Assembly: GCF_963676685.1 (NCBI RefSeq)
Contig: NC_092348.1
Coordinates: forward strand, 39,618,001 to 39,682,000
Length of the DNA stretch: 64,000 nucleotides
Direction: 5' to 3'
DNA from: Mytilus edulis
Taxonomy: Eukaryota
Below, one piece after another: positions 61,262 to 64,000 of this stretch. How positions within the stretch are numbered: position 1 is the first letter of the stretch; every line of letters starts with the position of its first letter. The notes below the pieces were generated by a model. The model had not been told where the DNA came from. It did not search any database and saw only the letters and a list, made by a program, of their open reading frames with translations. The translations under genes and the position numbers were made by a program.

Positions 61262-62745
61262 TTTTACTAGATAACATTTTTGTTCGCTTTGGAGATTCCG
61301 TATATCGTCAGATTATCGGAATTCCAATGGGGACTTACTGTGCACCACTTATTGCGGACCTGTTTTTGTATTGTTATGAGTTACAATTTATGACAAAAAT
61401 AAGCAAAGACCCATCGAAACAACATCTGATAAACAAATTTAATAATACTTTTAAATATTTGGATGATATTTTGGCTCTAAATAATGACGACTTCAGTATG
61501 TATATTAATAAAATTTATCCTGTTGAACTTACTTTAAATAAAGCTAATACTAACAATGACCACTGTCCTTTTCTCGATCTTGATATCTATATCACTAATG
61601 GAAAGCTGAATACTAAAATTTATGATAAAAGGGATGATTTTTGATTTCCTATCGTTAATTATCCGTTTTTAGATGGTGATGTTCCCTTGTCACCATCTTA
61701 CGGTGTTTATATATCTCAACTTGTATGATTCGTTCGTGTATGTAACAATGTTTTCGATTTTAACGAGAGAAATTTATGTATTACTGAAAAATTATTACAC
61801 CAGGGTTTTCGATATCACAAACTAGTCAAAACATTTACTAAATTTTATCAACGGTATAAAGACATCATTCGTAAATATAGCTCAACATGCAGACTTCTAA
61901 TACGTTCAGGTATTTCACATCCAATCTTTTATGGTAATATTCTTTATAAAGCACAAAGGTGTCAGTATTCACCTCAGAAACTTACAAAACCTTTGAATAG
62001 ACTTATTAAGAAGGGATATAATTACGATACTGTTGTCAAGTCATTAAAGATTGCATATTTTGGCGTTAATATTGAGTCACTGATAAGGTCTTTGCATCGG
62101 AACTAAACACATTTATTCTAAAAACAGTTGTTGGCATGACACGGGTTATGTTCTTCTCATATATGTTATGATGGTATAATACTAAACCCCTAACGGGAAG
62201 GATTGTGCCTGATGTTCATATGATGAAATCATAATCTTTCAGTCAGTTTAATTGAAGTCTGGAGCTGGCATGTCAGTTAACTGCTAGTAGTCTGTTGTTA
62301 TTTATGTATTATTGTCATTTTGTTTATTTTCTTTGGTTACATCTTCTGACATCAGACTCGGATTTCTCTTGAACTGAATTTTAATGTGCGTATTGTTATG
62401 CGTTTACTTTACTACATTAGTTAGAGGTATAGGGGGAGGGTTGAGATCTCACAAACATGTTTAATCCCGCCGCATTTTTGCGCCTGTCCCAAGTCAGGAG
62501 CCTCTGGCCTTTGTTAGTCTTGTATTATTTTAATTTTAGTTTCTTGTGTACAATTTGGAAATTAGTATGGCGTTCATTATCACTGGACTAGTATATATTT
62601 GCTTAGGGGCCAGCTGAAGGACGCCTCCGGGTGCGGGAATTTCTCGCTACATTGAAGACCTGTTGGTGACCCTCTGCTGTTGTTATTTATTTGGTCGGGT
62701 TGTTGTCTCTTTGACACATTCTCCATTTCCTTTCTCAATTTTATA
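61262..62745 (+). mobile_element. Penelope-like retroelement, 5'-truncated (RT core 4-7, thumb, 3' region)
   Basis: YRQIIGIPMGTYCAPLIADLFLY, FKYLDD, FLDL, IYDKRDDF*FPIVNYPFL..YGVYISQL. The frame runs through two TGA to a TAA at 62104-62106, with no GIY-YIG after the RT. Confidence 0.85.
62419..62509 (+). ncRNA. Twister ribozyme, type-P5 permutation (candidate, second copy)
   Basis: AGUUAGAGG..GGGG GAGGG..U^AA UCCC GCC GCA-uuuu-UGC G CCUG UCCCAAGU CAGG..CCUCUGGCC. Confidence 0.72.
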
Positions 62746-63164
62746 TCCAGAGTTTAGATTTTGTTATATACAAACATTTTCTGTTATTTACCAATAAATA
62801 TTTTCTCTTTCTTGTAAAAACACCTGAAGAAATAATTAACATAAGGAACTTTAGAACAATGATTTTTTTAAGAAAAATTCTTCGAAAAGTTGATTTATAA
62901 ATAAACTAAATATTTATGTCACACGATTTTTGTTTTAAAACAAATATTCCAATTCCAATTTTATATTTAATGTTGGTTTTTTTTTCAATTTCATAGACTT
63001 CATCGGAAATGATTTTTGTCATTTATATTTTTTTAATACAATATAATTAAACACATTCAGACAAAACTTATGATTGCATTTCTACGGAAGCCGTAAGGGG
63101 ACACACAAAACATTAGAAAATATTTTTTTTAATTCGAGATCACGATAAAACATTACCGTTTTAC

Positions 63165-63964
63165 CGAGATCTCGATAAAAAATATATCGTTATCTCGATA
63201 AAACGAAATTGTTATATCGAGATCTCGATAAAAAATATATCGTTATCTCGAGAAAACGAAACTGTTATATCGAGATCTCGGATTATCAAATCGTTATCTC
63301 GGTTTAATATATCGAGATCTCGATAAAAAATATATCGTTATCTCGAGAAAACGAAACTGTTATATCGAGATCTCGGATTATTATATCGTTATCTCAAGAA
63401 AACGAAACTTTAATATATCGTTATCTCGAGAAAACGAAACTGTTATATCGAGATCTCGGATTATTAAATCGTTATCTCGGTTTAATATATCGAGATCGCG
63501 ATAAAAAATATATCGTTATCTCGAGAAAACGAAACTGTTATAACGAGATCTCGGATTATTATATCGTTATCTCGAGAAAACGAAACTTTAATATATCGTT
63601 ATCTCGAGAAAACGAAACTGTTATATCGAGATCTCGGATTATTAAATCGTTATCTCGGTTTAATATATCGAGATCTCGATAAAAAATATATCGTTATCTC
63701 GAGAAAACGAAACTGTTATATCGAGATCTCGGATTATTATATCGTTATCTCGAGAAAACGAAACTTTAATATATCGTTATCTCGAGAAAACGAAACTGTT
63801 ATATCGAGATCTCGGATTATTAAATCGTTATCTCGGTTTAATATATCGAGATCTCGATAAAAAATATATCGTTATCTCGAGAAAACGAAACTGTTATATC
63901 GAGATCTCGGATTATTATATCGTTATCTCGAGAAAACGAAACTGTTATATCGAGATCTCGGATT
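63165..63964. repeat. CpG-rich satellite with a 178-bp higher-order unit built from short palindromic subunits
   Basis: ggtttaatat recurs at 63301, 63479, 63657 and 63835. Subunits CGAGATCTCG, TATCGTTATCTCG and AAAACGAAAC. Confidence 0.92.
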
Positions 63965-64000
63965 GCTAGTTATCACGTGTTAACTGATAACAAAATGGCG

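Noticed and set aside
61640-61730. Two in-frame TGA codons in the PLE ORF as selenocysteine recoding (known in some Naiad-type PLEs)
   Set aside because: They fall at positions that read DDF[S/N]FP and QLV[R]F in this RT type, not at Cys positions. Single TCA>TGA and CGA>TGA changes explain them, and no convincing SECIS was seen.
63165-63964. CRISPR array suggested by regularly spaced palindromes
   Set aside because: The intervening sequences are themselves repeated with a 178-bp period; this is a satellite in a eukaryotic context.

Overview
AT-rich, repeat-dominated eukaryotic DNA. The repeat families, a C1qDC relic and ~350-nt hammerhead repeats point to a bivalve, most likely a Mytilus mussel (inferred). 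No intact conventional host gene is visible. Two large DNA transposons dominate. One is the 5' part of an EnSpm/CACTA (CMC) element (1-8136, minus) with an intact 812-aa transposase ORF and a spliced SAMD3-like accessory gene. The other is a complete ISL2EU (PIF/Harbinger-related) element (46201-52602) with TIRs, an AT TSD, a THAP-DDE transposase (second catalytic Asp mutated) and a convergent spliced SAP-SWIM-YqaJ-PHD gene. Between them lie relics of Gypsy, Harbinger, piggyBac, Ginger-like, LINE and Penelope-like elements, five Helentron-type HINEs, a Meta-SINE, MITEs and satellites. The least obvious layer is RNA-level: many minimal type-I hammerhead ribozymes (including a ~352-nt tandem retrozyme array), and a type-P5 twister-like ribozyme plus a second structured motif in the 3' region of two Penelope-like copies. 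Other notable items are a TatD-like/zinc-finger ORF relic downstream of a Gypsy integrase and two orphan gene families present in three copies each. All calls were made by eye from the sequence, and relic boundaries are approximate.
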